In this document: in pieces, positions 50,410-63,593 of the stretch | Position numbering within the stretch: position 1 is the stretch's first letter | Layout of the letters: every line of letters starts with the position of its first letter | Source: Takakia lepidozioides | Taxonomy: Eukaryota; Plantae; Bryophyta | Length of the DNA: 64,000 nt | NCBI GenBank assembly: GCA_030704615.1 | Contig: CM060731.1 | Coordinates: 66,402,001 to 66,466,000 of the forward strand | Direction of reading: 5' to 3' | Notes under the pieces: generated by a model | The model's input: only the letters and a program-made list of their open reading frames with translations | The model's database searches: none | Told to the model about the DNA's origin: nothing | Program-made: the position numbers and the translations under genes

Positions 50410-53400
50410 CACTATGTTGGTGACGTATTTTGCCACGCAACCTAAGTTGTCGCCAAAACAACTTAGGTGACAAGACATTTTGGTAGTGTTCGACGTGGAT
50501 ATCTAATACAAACCGGGACGGGACAATGTGGTGGCCGATGCTTTAAGTAAAAAGCAGCAGCTCATGTTGGTGTACAGGGGCGAGACGACGCTCCAAAGGA
50601 ACATCCGGAAGGCTTATCGAAAGGATGAGATGGCGAAGTCCGTGATGCAGGACTTGAGAATGGGGGTTAAATCGCAGTTCCACTTGCACAATTGGCTGCT
50701 CAGGTACAAACAAAAGTGCCTCTACGTGCCGAAGGGAGGGATCAAGGATAGTCTCTTGAGAGAATGCAATGATGGCCCGTTTGCGGGCCACGGCGGAGCC
50801 AAACACACCGCGACACTCTTGAAAAAAGAGTATTTCAGGCCCAAACTGAGGGAGGAGGCCGATGAGTATGTCAAGACATGCACCTCATGCCAACAAAACC
50901 GGAGCGAGTACAAAAAGCAAGCGGGGCTGTTACAACCCTTGTCGATTCCAGAAGGGTCTTGGGAAAGTGTCTCGATGGATTTCATGATTGCTATGCCGCT
51001 GTCAAAAGGATTCGATGCAATCATGGTGGTGGTGGATAGGTTCAGTAAAATGGGTCATTTCATCCCCACCAAGGAGACGGCAATGGCGTAGGAGATGGGG
51101 CGACTTTATTTCGCCCATGTCTTCAAGAATCATGGACTCCCGAAGGATATTGTCTCGGACCACGATCCAAAGTTTACAAGTAAATTTTGGAGGGCGCTTT
51201 GGAAGAAATGGGGACGAGGCTCAAGATGAGCACCGCCTTCTGACCTACGACGGACGGCCAAATGGAAAGAGTGAATTCCGTGGTGAAGCAGATCTTGCGG
51301 AATTATGTGTCGGCAGACCAATCAGACTGGGTGGAGCACTTGGATGCGACAGAGTTCTGTTATAATAACACAAAACACTCCGCAACGGGAGTTTCCCCTT
51401 TCGTATTGGTCTATGGAAAAGCACCTTTGGTGCCGACAAGTTGGGCCGCCCAGGACGTTGAGGAACCGACAGCAGCAACGGCGCTGAAAGAACGCGAGCG
51501 TTTGTTGAAGCTTGCAAAGTACAACATTGCCAAAGCTAGGAAACGGTATGAACGGCAGACAAATCAGAAGCGGAGGGAAGTTAAGTTTGAGGCAGGCACG
51601 GAGGTCTGGTTGAACATTAAGAATTTTCAAAGATGAAGCGCGTTCGAATCGGCATCAAGTGTTGCGTCCGCCACCTGTGCTGTTGGATCATGAAAATGAA
51701 CCTGCGTACGAGGTGGAGGCAGTGCTTAAGTCGAGGAGGTTCAAAAATCGAGAAACGGAGTATCTCGTGAAATGGAAGGGCTATCATCAAGTGGAGGCAA
51801 CTTGGGTGCGTGCCTCAAAAATGGGAAACGCATCCGAGGCTGTTGCAGCTCTCGAAGGGCAACCTCAAAAGCGGAAGAAGCATTGATGGGGACATCAACC
51901 CTGGATCGTGGGGGAGGAAATGCATGCTTAGCCCGGCTTAGCTAGCTCAGGAATTCGATTGCAAAAACTTGTGTTGTACAAATTTTGTTATAAATGAAAT
52001 GGTTTCCAAATGTTGTGCATCCTATTTTGTTTGGAATGGTGATGCATGGTATGGTTGGCTAGTGTGTAGAATGCATGCTAGCTTACAAAAGTGGGAGAGG
52101 TAAATTGGATTAATCGTGTGTTTGCGTAGTGCCGAAATCGGGTGACTCCCATCCAAGGGGCAAGGAAACTTGGGCCTTCTTTGGGAGTTCACGTGCTAGT
52201 GCGCACCTGGTGCGTGCGCGTACTATAACTGCGCTACCGAGGGGGTTGTCTTGTAGTGCGGATTAACGCGGAAGCTACGTGATTCCGTTCACGTACAATT
52301 GTAGTGATTGGGACGCACGGTTGGTTCAAGGTTATCTTCCTAGTCAAAAAAAGGTTCAAGGTGATGCCAAAAGCGACATCATGAGCGATCGCAAGCAATG
52401 TTGTTGCAGTAAGGCGATTCGATCCTCAGGGAGGATCGTCCCTTGGCCTTGAAGTGGACCAAGAAGAGTGCACTGGGTGGAGCTTGAGAGGCTCCACCCT
52501 TAGCCGAGACTTGGAGGAAGTCGGCCGAACTAGGTGGAGAGTAGAGTCAAGTGGGGGTTTGGTTCTCTGCCATGGGACGCCATGGTATGGAAACAAACTC
52601 CTTGATGTGGGACGCCACAACTTGGATGTTAGTTTCTACAAAATGGACAAGTCGATGAGGACATCGATTCCCTGTTGGTAGGGGTGTGTGTCGAGGCCCT
52701 TTGCCTTGAGGGCAGGGGGGTCGGGACACAAGAGAGGCTGCCCCTATGGTGGGGGCAATGGCAACAATAGGTACGGGGGCTGAAGCACCCTTGAGTGCCC
52801 AAGGCACTCAAGGAGGTGGAGGCGCTCACTAGGTAGAGCCCCGCACACCGGGTTGCGGTGGGGGTGGTTCCACGAGGGGTGGTGGTAGCTTAGTGGGACT
52901 TAGTGGGGGTGGCATAGGACTCACCATGGGGCAGAGACCTTGTGGTAGGAGTCGTGGGGAGTCTTGGGACTCATCACGGTCCAATGGGGCCGTGGTGGGT
53001 GGGCCAAGACTCACCGCGACTCATCACCGGGAGTCGAGGGTCTTCGTGGCGGTTCGTCATAAAATGGCAGGGTTGTTTGTGAAACCCCCGCGGACAGTCA
53101 CAGAAGTATATATAGGGAGTAGTAACCCCGAGAACGGTGCAAGCCCGTTGGTGACCAAAAACTAGTGAGTGAGCGAGCGAGCCGGAAAGCGACCAAGGAG
53201 TGGGGAGCTATTCCAGACTGCCATCCACCAAAGGGAATTTCTACTAGGCCCAAATTGGTGGAGGGTCTTTTGGAGGAGCAAAGGGGGACCGTTATGCCCC
53301 GGTGAGCAGCCGAAGCTCCGAGTTGGCCCGGCGGCCAATTTGGGAGTTAGGCGCGTGCATCAAAGCGAGTAACTATGACTTGAAGGGGAGCTTACCGAAG

Positions 53401-53415
53401 TGAGGTGCGCGACAC
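50410..53415 (+). mobile_element. Ty3/gypsy chromovirus 3' part: RNase H end, integrase, chromodomain, PPT and 3' LTR
   Basis: YKPGRDNVVADALS, GPFAGHGG..CTSCQ, WESVSMDF, VVVDRFSK, IVSD, YEVEAVL..YLVKWKGY; PPT GGGGGAGGAAA before TG at 51921; LTR end approximate. Confidence 0.88.
52402..53061 (-). mobile_element. Solo LTR nested in the gypsy LTR (family of 39790-39960)
   Basis: Minus strand ends ...CTGCAACA; homologous to the LTR fragment at 39790; flanks share AATG (imperfect TSD). Confidence 0.6.
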
Positions 53416-53449
53416 AACGAGCACGAACTTTGAAAATCCTTCAAGCTGC

Positions 53450-54350
53450 AGATCTCTTATCCATTCCAATCCACCCTAATCGATTCCAAGCGTGTTTCTG
53501 CTGCATCTTGTCTCTCGATTTGAGCTTCATTTCGGCTTCTCTGCATGCTAGTTCGAGTAAATGAGCTGACTAATAGGTACTTTGCTTCCCCAAGCTCTGT
53601 CATTTGAAACTCAGAAGACAAAATCTTGTTGATTTCATTGACATTGTCCGGAGTTTTGCAAAGCAAAATTAGGTCATCGACATATACTGCTAAGATCAAA
53701 TGCTCTCTCCATTTCCTAGAACATAGACACTATGATCAGAATCACATCGCATGAATCCATGTTTTGCGAGGAAACTATCAAACCTCTAGTACCAAGCTCT
53801 TGGTGCCTGCTTCAACCCATAGAGTGTCTTGAGAAACATGCAAACAACTCGCAAACAAGTGTTTGCTCATTCTCCTTCACTTGCAACCCCTCTGGAAGTT
53901 GCATGTAAGTTGCATATAAATTTCTTCTTTGAGCTCACCATTGAGAAAGACAGTCTTTACGTCCATTTAATGTATTTCCAAATCATGGATTGCTCCAAGA
54001 GCCAACAACGTGCGAATGGAGACAAACTTAGCCACATGAGCAAACGTTTCATTAAAATCAATGCCTTGTGTTTGAGCATACCCCTTAGCCACTAATATAT
54101 GGCTTTGTACCTCAGATCCAGTACTTCTCCTCTAGCATTTCGCTTGATCATGCGGAAGACCCACTTACAACCAATGGTTTGTCTTCCAAGTGGTAAGGTA
54201 GCCGATCTCCAAGTCTTGTTCTCCTTCAGGGACTTTAGCTCCTCCCTCATAGATGCTTCCCACTCTTTGGCTTGGTCTCCCATTCTTGCTGTTGGTGAGC
54301 TTGCATTGCAGCAAATTGAGTGGCTACAAACTCACTAAGACTGCCTACTG
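53450..54350 (-). mobile_element. Ty1/copia reverse transcriptase remnant
   Basis: EWEASMREELKSLKENKTW, IGCKWVF, YKA.LVAKGY, YGLKQAPRAWY, ILAVYVDDL. Confidence 0.9.
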
Positions 54351-55239
54351 TGTTGGCCAACTCTTGAAGGGTGAAGTCATCTGTTTTGCAATGCATAGCA
54401 GGAGGAACATAAGGTGCAGATAGGCATACAACATTCCTTCTCAGCTCTCCTTTTAAGAGTCTATTCCCCAGCTAATTCATCATACTCGAAATGTTATTGA
54501 ATGACCTAAAACATATAGTTTATCCACCTACACTTACTTAACCATCTCCTTTGTTGTACTCTTAACTTAGCAATTTCAAAACCAGGCACTCTCTCACATT
54601 CTATCAAGGGCCAGGTATGATGACAGCTCGAAGCTCCCATCTGTAAAGTTGCCCTTTGTTATCAATTCTTTTGAATACACCCGTGGATAAATGAGCAAAC
54701 CTACCCCCCAATGTCCTGCTGTACTCAAGCAAAATGCAGGAATGCTATACTACTCCCCACCATTTTACAGACTTCACGGATATTGGTCGATCTCCCCCCA
54801 TATTCCTAAAGCCTAATATCCTAAATCTACAGTCATCATTTTCATTCTCTCAACTAACAATCACAATGATTGTTATGCCTTACCCTCTTTATCATTTCAC
54901 TGCACCTGTATCGTCACCAACATCTCTCCTTTACTCATCTGCCCTCAATCAACATCCCAAGGGACAATTGCATAGAGGATTTGACTGACCATGAACCCAA
55001 GAGGACTTCTCGTGTGTGCTGCTTGTGTATGTAGTCAGGTAATATCAGATGTGAGAACCACCACGGTGCAGCTGAGCGGGCAGAGATTGAAACACGGCTT
55101 GCTAAGACCAAGCTGACTCTCCCAAGAACCTTGTAAACATCAGGAAGAATACCAAATCATGGTACTAACAGGAGCCAAGAGCCCACATTTGCAGGATGGA
55201 CAAACTTCTTCACATCGTACATTAAGAAAAAGCCACACC

Positions 55240-55835
55240 TTGCGATCGCGGTTGTCCCACCATCGTGAAGGATCTGTAAAAAACTCATGCCAGTCTGCTC
55301 TGCCGAGCAATTCAGGGCCGAGTCTGATGAGAGGGAAAAACAGGCTGAAACAGGTCGAAGAAGAGTCAGGCTCGCACAGGCATTGCATCTACAAACGTGA
55401 CCAAGTCTGCCTTTACCCCTTCCCGCATCATTCGCTCATAGGTCTCCAATGCCTCCATCCCGCATCTATGCTGGGGCATAACTCCGCGATCATCACACTC
55501 TAGGACACGACATTTTGTTCAGCCATATTCTCAAACACTCCCTTTGTATCCTCAATACTGCCAAATCTGTCTCTGTTACCTGTTTGTGGATACCCTAAAT
55601 TTGACAATGTCACCATGGACTTTTACCCTTTTCTAGGACTGCCAGGCTCGCACACGCATTGCATACACAAACGACCGGTCCTGCTTCACCCCTTCCTGCA
55701 TTATTTGCTCATACGTCTCCGAAGCCTCTATACCACGCCCCCGCTGTGCATATCCTCGCCCTTCCTGCATCATTTGCTCAAGAATACCATCCCACGCCCC
55801 TGCACATCCTGCGATCATCACGTTCCATGCTCTAG
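55240..55835 (-). pseudogene. Degenerate PLS-class PPR repeats followed by a WWDNR (OSB PDF-like) motif exon
   Basis: WNVMIAG..EQMMQEGVKQDR; GSIEDTKGVFENMAEQNVVS; EGVKADLVTFV; DWHEFFTDPSRWWDNRDRK followed by GT. Confidence 0.7.
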
Positions 55836-55999
55836 GCTTGTGGATACTAAGAAAACATATGGTGTGGCGAGAGACAAAAAAGGAGGCCAAGTCCCAGCCC
55901 TATCATGTTCACGGCTACCCTAATTGGCAACCCTATAAGCAACTTTTTGAAAAAAATTAACCTTTTATACTTTGATCATTGATGAATGAACTTACCCAA

Positions 56000-56346
56000 T
56001 GGATGAATACATTTGTGTATGTGCCTTCAAAATGACATGTGTAGTGATGCAATCGTATAATTAGAGCTGTGAAACCATATTCAGTCATGAAGTCATATGA
56101 TTCTAGGAAAATTCATCCACGTGTAGTCCTCCATAGGACGCGAGTCATACAAACCATCCCTCTCATCGTGGTCAACAATGTTTGACCAATGCTCCCTACC
56201 TTTCCGGAGTCATGTAGTGATATCCATTACTACAAAGTGAAAAACTATGACTGCAACGCATTTCAACGTTCTGTGGTCGTGTACCTAGTGCCGTTTTTAT
56301 GACTCCGCAAAAGCCGTAGTCCTAAAAACGCTCATCTCTTGTAGTG
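56000..56346. mobile_element. CACTA element terminus
   Basis: Ends CATCTCTTGTAGTG (reverse complement CACTACAAGAGATG) with subterminal GTAGT/GTCAT repeats; partner end not found. Confidence 0.6.
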
Positions 56347-56349
56347 ATG

Positions 56350-58613
56350 TCAAGGCAGACTGTGGTTTATGTGCCCAAGAAGAACAGATGCATGAGCAGC
56401 ACAGCAGGGAACAATGGCCTGAGTAGGAACAGGAGTAACAACAGATGCAGTACTTTGATTAACCCCACTAAGGGCTGGTCCCATACTAGAGGATGACAAA
56501 CTTGCATGTGGTGCACGCATGCCCATGGGAAATGTATGTGACACCACATTTGACTGAGCAGCTGGGTAAACCGACTGTAGGTGGGGCTGTGGCACACCAC
56601 TCATGGGAGTAGTGGATGTCACTCCCACCATATGAGCTGTTCTAGAGCTTAAATGGCTAGCATGAACAGGGACTGTATTGACATTGCTAGCGTGTGTACC
56701 TATAGCTTGATTAGCTGCGGTCTGTGGTAATCTCCCTATCTGTTGAATAGGAGGTGTTCCCACATGACGTGCATGACCAACAGACGAGGTGGAGGGCACT
56801 AATGCTACTGTCCTCCCACCCGCAGCAAGACTGGAGACATTCAACAAAGGGACAGCACTCGGATGCAAACTTGAATTCAAAGAACTAGTCCCTCCCCCGA
56901 GAGTGGGATTAGGGAGGCTAATCACAGGCACATGCATCATACTCGTCACTGTGGCCGGCATACCGCTCATAGTAGCCCAAGCATCCGAACCAAACCTGTC
57001 TACCCCCTGAAAATGAACAGGATGGGAGGGCAAACCGTTCAATTCTCGAGCGAGCGTAGGCTCGGTTTGTCCAGCCACCATGGCTTCATCACCTTGAACA
57101 TAAACAGAGAGACCCTTGGGGTTGGCTATCCTAGAACCCTCATCTACCAATGCAATACCAGTTGGGGACTCTACAACCGCTCCCAACGTACCATCATTCA
57201 AAAATTCATCATCACTGGCCACGAAATTACCTCCTTGCAGGTTGTCCGATCCCTCGTTCATTTCTACTACACCTTCGGCCAACGGCTCCCCTGAACTATT
57301 CATGGACCTCTGTCTTCCTGATCTTAGCCAAATAGTTCTAGAATCACCTAGCATGCAAGAAACGAAAGTAGATTGGATGTTTAACCTTTAAGCAGCAGGG
57401 ATATGGAGAGTGGGCCGAGCGCTCGGCGAGCTGACCTCTGGAACCCAAGTGGAACAATATACCACCTTCAGCACCTTGTGTGACAGTAGCTCGTAGACTC
57501 CCAACGCCAGCCACTCCCAACCGTCAGCTTCCTTAAGCCAAAAACCTATGCGGGTTGTGCCACCCTCTCTCCACGTGCGCGAAAGCACAGCCGAGTTCGA
57601 ATAGTCACTCAATCTCTCAAACGCACTCAGGCAAACCACTCGCTGTGAAGCAAAGGTAGTACCCATACCCAAGACTACTAGATCAGACGACTGCACTATC
57701 AAGGCCCCACCCCTCAAACCATCAACCAATTGTATAAGTAGGCGCCAAGGCGCAGGGTCGGAGCTGAAACCGTAATGCCCTCAAGATCAAAGCCCCCGTG
57801 CCTTGTAACATTAACGACAACCAACTTCGCCCTACCATACCAGGGCCATGATGAAGCTCCACACTTCGAACACCAGAGAGAGGTAAATACAAGCCTACTT
57901 CTAACCAGGTCAATTCGTGATGATGCAGAAAACGCGATTTAATCGTTCTGGACAGCAAACGTTCTTCGTTGCGTAACTCGAATTCTCTCCCAGCAAGCTG
58001 TCTGGCTCTGGACACCACCGCACCAGGCTCAAGCAAAGGTCTTGTGAACAGGGCCTCATGATGACTGGTTAACGCAGTAAGGTCACCCACAACAGCCCTT
58101 TCTATATGCTCAAACCAAAGCTGATCCTCATCACATATTTCACACAACAGATCATCTACTTCCTGCGACAACTCGATATCCCTCTCTAACTCTGCTGCCT
58201 ACTCTCGAAATATTCAGGTCCAGGATCAACAAAGTTGTCAAAATTATAGTATTCCGGATCACAACTATCTAGAGAGCTGTCAGATTTCCAAACCTTGGCG
58301 ACCACGCCTCTGCCTCATCTAAATTGTCATAATCACTACCACCAGGAGAACCCAATGAAACAATAAGGGCTGGAATACAAGCAATTGGTTCAGGGAGAGG
58401 CGACGCTGGCAAGGCAATATTGCCAGGCCGCGCGCCGTTGGCTGCGTTAGCAACAGCAAGAACGTCGGCAGAGTGAGAAACGACAGGGTTGGTTTCAACA
58501 ACAGGAGGAGCAACAGGAACGACACCAGCAGACCAAGGAGTGATAGCAGGGTTAGTCTCCACACTAGGATTAGTTTCAACAATGACTTCCTTAACATTCC
58601 TCCATTTCCAAAA
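56350..58613 (-). mobile_element. Run of unidentified TE-like ORFs (possibly 5' internal region of an LTR element)
   Basis: Four abutting minus-strand ORFs incl. a 334-aa S/T/P/V-rich ORF beginning ...WLRSGR; truncated at the CACTA end. Confidence 0.4.
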
Positions 58614-59062
58614 TGTTGGCCGCTTCATCCTCAACAAAGCTTCCAAAGTCGATCTTTGTGGGTTTTCTAATTCGCTCAGCTCTTCTTGGCTGCAACTCTG
58701 CCACAGAGGTTGAATGGATGGTAAGGGCTCCACTTTAGTTGCCCATTGCTCCACTTCTCTCTTGCGCTTCCAAAGGATTCCAAATCTCTAATGGCAGCTC
58801 CTCCTCAAAGCTTGTTTCCGGAACTTGTTCATCAGTCTCTGGTACTTCTGTAGCTTTCTCCAATATCACTACGTCCCGGCTTCTTTCTCTTCTCATGATC
58901 CCATAATTTGTAGTGTTTGCCATCCCCTGAGTACCCAACAAAAACACATCTTGCATTTTTCAGCTCAAGCTTGGACCTAGTTTCTTTTAGGCTTGTGCAC
59001 ATAAGCTACACTTCCAAAGACTCGCAGATGCTTAATTGACGGTTTTCTTCAAGACCATGCCA
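58614..59062 (-). mobile_element. Ty1/copia post-integrase region (same element as 53450-54350)
   Basis: KPSIKHLRVFGSVAYVH, SRDVVILE, PQRS...RMKRPT. Confidence 0.8.
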
Positions 59063-59503
59063 TGTAGAAAGTAGAATTTTCTCTCATAGACATTATTTAT
59101 TTATTATTTATGTCTCTTGTTATTATCCCTTTACTAGGTTTTCTATAGTACTTCAACCCCTAACAATACCCTCCAATGGATGTGACTCTCTATATCTCAT
59201 GCCAATCTAATGCGATATGTATAAACTTTCATGGGACAGTATTGTATGTTGTAGATACATTGTAATGCTGGCACTTTGTCACGTATGCAAGTCTTAGTGT
59301 GCTTGTAATTATCTGTAGATTTGATTTAGTACTCGCCATCCTCAAGTTCAAATTTATCTCACATATTTTGTCCAATGTAATTGAAAATGTGAATCTAATT
59401 TAATAGATGTAAGGCGTAAAGTTTAAAAGTTAGTGACCTCAAATTACATATTGCAAGAATGAAGCGTGGTGCCATTGCACACACACATTCTCATTTGGTA
59501 TCA
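59063..59503 (+). mobile_element. Probable LTR remnant with tRNA-iMet-type PBS
   Basis: TGTAG at the copia breakpoint; ...CTCA-TT-TGGTATCA at 59490-59503. Confidence 0.45.
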
Positions 59504-60847
59504 AGATCACCACGATTGAATGATGAGGTATTGGTGTTCACCCATATGATTTTACTTCATTTGGGTGATTGTTTGAATTGGTAGGTTGAAAGTGAACAAG
59601 CCCGGCTCCGCCACAAGATGCTCTGTCCTTGCTCTTTCCTTCGGTGATTTTGGGGTTGTTGTTTTATACTTTTTCCACGGCTTCATGAATCATGCCCATC
59701 AACCCTCCATAGACTAGGCTTAATGGATAAGCCTAGTTCTCCCCCTAAGCAAGATGTCTCCACTGCCTCTATAACTTTTGGGATAGAGCCAATATATTCT
59801 ATGATATAATAGTTAATGAATGTATTTTAAAACTCCATAAGGTTGGCTTGGGCAAATTACTAATACCAAAAATCTATAATAAACTAGTTGACAAAACCTT
59901 TTTCTCTAATAGTTCCAAATATAGAGTACACAGGAGGACCTCTTTCAAAATACATTACTACAAAATCTACTAAAAATGATATATTGGAGAATGGTAGACA
60001 AATGAACAAACATATTTTCTAATGCCTAAATGGATGCAATAAAGTTTACAATATATTTTCATATTTTGTGTACCATCAAATAGTGACAGTTGGACATTCT
60101 AGAAACAACACTATTTTACTTATTGTGTGTATGATTAAGATTATATATATTATTCAGATTTAAAACATAAATAAACTTAATAGTACCAACCTTCTACTTA
60201 GCTTTGAAAATGAGATCGTTGCAAGCAAATTAGCCAACATATTGAGATTCTATCGTTTCAAGCTCAACTTAAGTATGAAAATTACAAATAAGTTCATAAT
60301 GAAATCCAATCCAATGCTAATATCAATTTTATGTTACATTAATTTGAATACTTATTATAAAAAAAATCAAGAGAAGAAGTGTTTTATTCCAAAGGTCAAC
60401 CTAAAACTAGAAGAGAAATAATGTTTTTCTGCGTGGGATTTTGATTTTTTCTCCTCTTTCTTTTTGCATTCTAGTTAAAAGTAAAACAAAATACAAAGAA
60501 TGTATAGATGAAGATAGATTAATGTCAATTGATCTCAAAGCTTGCTAGAAATAAATTGTACACAATTTACATGGTGGTTAATGTATTTTGGATCTCTAAG
60601 TATATACTAAAATCATTTACAAGCTGTTTATTTGTTAATCTCTAACAAAGCTTAAAGAAAATATGGTAATATGTACCTCATTTAATCTTGGCAAGACTTT
60701 ATATTAATCTAAGACTTTTGAGTTACTAAGATGGGTATGTTATGCATATAATTAGATGACAAACAATTATATTGACATTGGTGCACTCTTTTTGTGAACC
60801 AGCAGCTTGATGAGTTGTTGGTGTCCAGCTTTGAACATGATAACCCT

Positions 60848-63593
60848 ATGCCTTGGCGTAGGGCACGAGCTGTGAAATTTATTAGTTTCTTGATAATTAT
60901 TTCAGTTGTGACCTTCTTGTGGCTTAAAAATCTTTTGTATTTGGGTAACTATAACCCAAGGGATGATCAACGTTCATCAATTCTTCTCAAATTATATCTT
61001 AGAAAAAAATGTAATCTTTCAATGACTAGGATCGCCCAACAATATCATGGCAGAATCATGCAGTCGCATGACCCTTTCTGGACACTTCATGGTGGGGATG
61101 ACCCTTCCTGGACACTTCATGATGGGGTTTGGAGGAGCGTCCCAGAAAATCAGAGAAGGTATATATATATATCCCCGCTAAGCTCCATCTACTTTGGCCA
61201 AAAATTTAGACTCAAATATATTCGCTATAACTAGAAAATTGTTCACAATCGTTAGATATATCCGTCCTCTGATTGTTTGTGTAATGTTCCACATTAATTA
61301 AGATGATGTATATACTATACAGATATAGTCCTCAATATACTAAAAAATATACTTCAAATAATTGTTTTTATACACATCATATTTTTTGAATTAGGAATGA
61401 TGGTTCTCAGTTGCACAGGATACTATGTGAAATTAATGATTGGTCGTCCTCCTAAAATATACCATTTGGATGTCGATACTGGTAGCGGCATAACTTGGGT
61501 TGGTTGTAACTGGGGCGGCCAAGCACCGAGGAAGGTAGCTTTTGTCCCATATCATACTGGAGCAATGTTCAGAATGTAAAATGGTGATATTTGATAGAAA
61601 TAAGATATTGTAATGATAAGATATTTCAATACTATTATTGGACTAAATGATCCAGTGACATTCAATTACTATTTTAATCGAACTATTAAATTAATAGATT
61701 AATCCTTAATTTCCCAAGCCACCTGAATCGGGTCACTCTGAATTTTCAGTTCTACCTAATTTCTGCAGATCTAATCTGATGGGGCCCACTCCTGAAGCTT
61801 TAATGACAAGGGATTTGTCTTGAGTATGATGCAAAGAAAAAAAAAAAAAAAAAAAAAACAAAACCTACGACCTACAAAAAATATCTTAGATCACTCATTT
61901 ACGTTTTGGGCCTGAAAAGGGCTTGTTGACCGCTGATGTGGAGGTAAACAAGCCCAAAACAGATTGCACTCCAAAGGCTATTTTTGGCAGAAATTAGCAA
62001 TTTTGTAAAAAGCACTTTACCTTGTGGTGTGTGAGCATTAAATACACACATCCACCGTTGGTTTTTAAAAAATTTGTAGAAAAAAAAAGTACTTCATTTG
62101 AATCTCTTGTCAATTTTGAGATTTCCACCCCTATGTAATTGCATACAAAGCAACCATAGGTGAAAAAATCAGTTGGACCTGCAATTTAGTGGGGTCATAG
62201 CCACTCCACTATTGATGTGGAAATGATGGGTCTTGGGGCAAGCAAAATTGGATAAAACTAGGTTTTGATTTGGTCAAAACCTATTTCTTTCTCACTCTTT
62301 CTTTGGGACCTGATATTTGAGGTCTGGGGCAACGTTATAATCTCACAATTTCCACGGTGGACTTGGCTCATTTTTTGGTATGTCATGCATAAATGAGCTG
62401 GGCCCACCGCTATAAGGCTGGAGTCTGTGGATGATTTTTGGTAGGTTTCTAGGGGGAATTTACTGCAGCTGGGTACCCAAAATTGTTCAAAAGTCCAAAA
62501 AAGGCTTGAGAAATTAAGGGTTAAAATATATAAGTATGCCTCATCTTGACATTTGCTTTATAGGGACCAAATGAATTGTACATACCCACGGCATCAGAAG
62601 TATTGCATTGCGAACACAAACGACATTTGTGCCAACCGTTTCAAAGAAGAAATTTAGAACGAAATTGTTGGCACACAGATTCTTTTCTATGTCCATTTCA
62701 TATCATGTATGCTGATTATACAGTCTCAGAAGGTATTGTTGTGGAGGATTTTATCACATTCAATGTAAACCGTGGAGAGCCGATTGAGGACAAATTAGCA
62801 TTTGGGTTTGTATTTTTGTATCAACTTCATGTATTGTTACAAATATAAGACGATATATATTATAGTAGTTTAGATATACTTATAGACTGTGAGCATGACA
62901 CTTAAGATATAACAAGCATAATGGCTCTTCCTTTTTTGAATAGAAAGACTCTCTAAATTCGTCATAATTAAGTGAAACACTGATAAAAATATATACTGGG
63001 TATATACAGCTTCTACCACATTCTAGAATTTCATTGACTTCCATGGTCACTTTCTCATCCATTGTTTTTTATATCACTAATAGTGCAACAAGGATGGGGG
63101 AGGTAGAACACGATCAAACTGATATTGGCATTTATTTGTAGTCTCGACTCACTCTCGAGGAGCCAATAATTAAAAATGATGCACTAGAACATATCATATT
63201 TTCAGTATCTTATCACAAGTTATTTTTTCCCTCTACAACTTTGAACAACGCAAATTTCATTTGACTTCAGCTAGTCCACAAATATAAATGTTGTGACAAT
63301 TTTGAATGGTTTGGCAGATGTAGTAATAAGCAAATGAACGTGGACCACTATAAAGACTTAGGTGAAAACGACAGTAAAGAGTCAGACGGATTATTAGGGA
63401 TAAACAGGGATTCGTCAACGTTGCAGTGGCAAATGAAAACAAAAGGTTTAATAACCAATAACATTATAGGAGTTTGTCTAAGCGCAAATTTGGAAGACGA
63501 CTATGATGCAGCATCGGGCTATCTTTTCTTTGGAGATCATGAAGTAATTTGGGAAAATGAACTAACATGGACGAGGATGGTCAACGTAGATGG
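60848..63593 (+). CDS. Nucellin/Asp1-like A1 aspartic protease (N-terminal TM anchor); 3' part continues toward or beyond the window end
   Basis: Exons approx 60848-61158, 61411-61534, 62564-62805, 63318-63593. YYVKLMIGRPPKIYHLDVDTGSGITWVGC, YAD..SEG, LAFGC, DGLLG, IIGVCL, GYLFFGD. Confidence 0.85.
61703..62520. mobile_element. TTAA-flanked MITE with piggyBac-like CCCTT termini in a protease intron
   Basis: TTAA|TCCTTAATTTCCCAAGCC ... GGCTTGAGAAATTAAGGG|TTAA. Confidence 0.75.
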
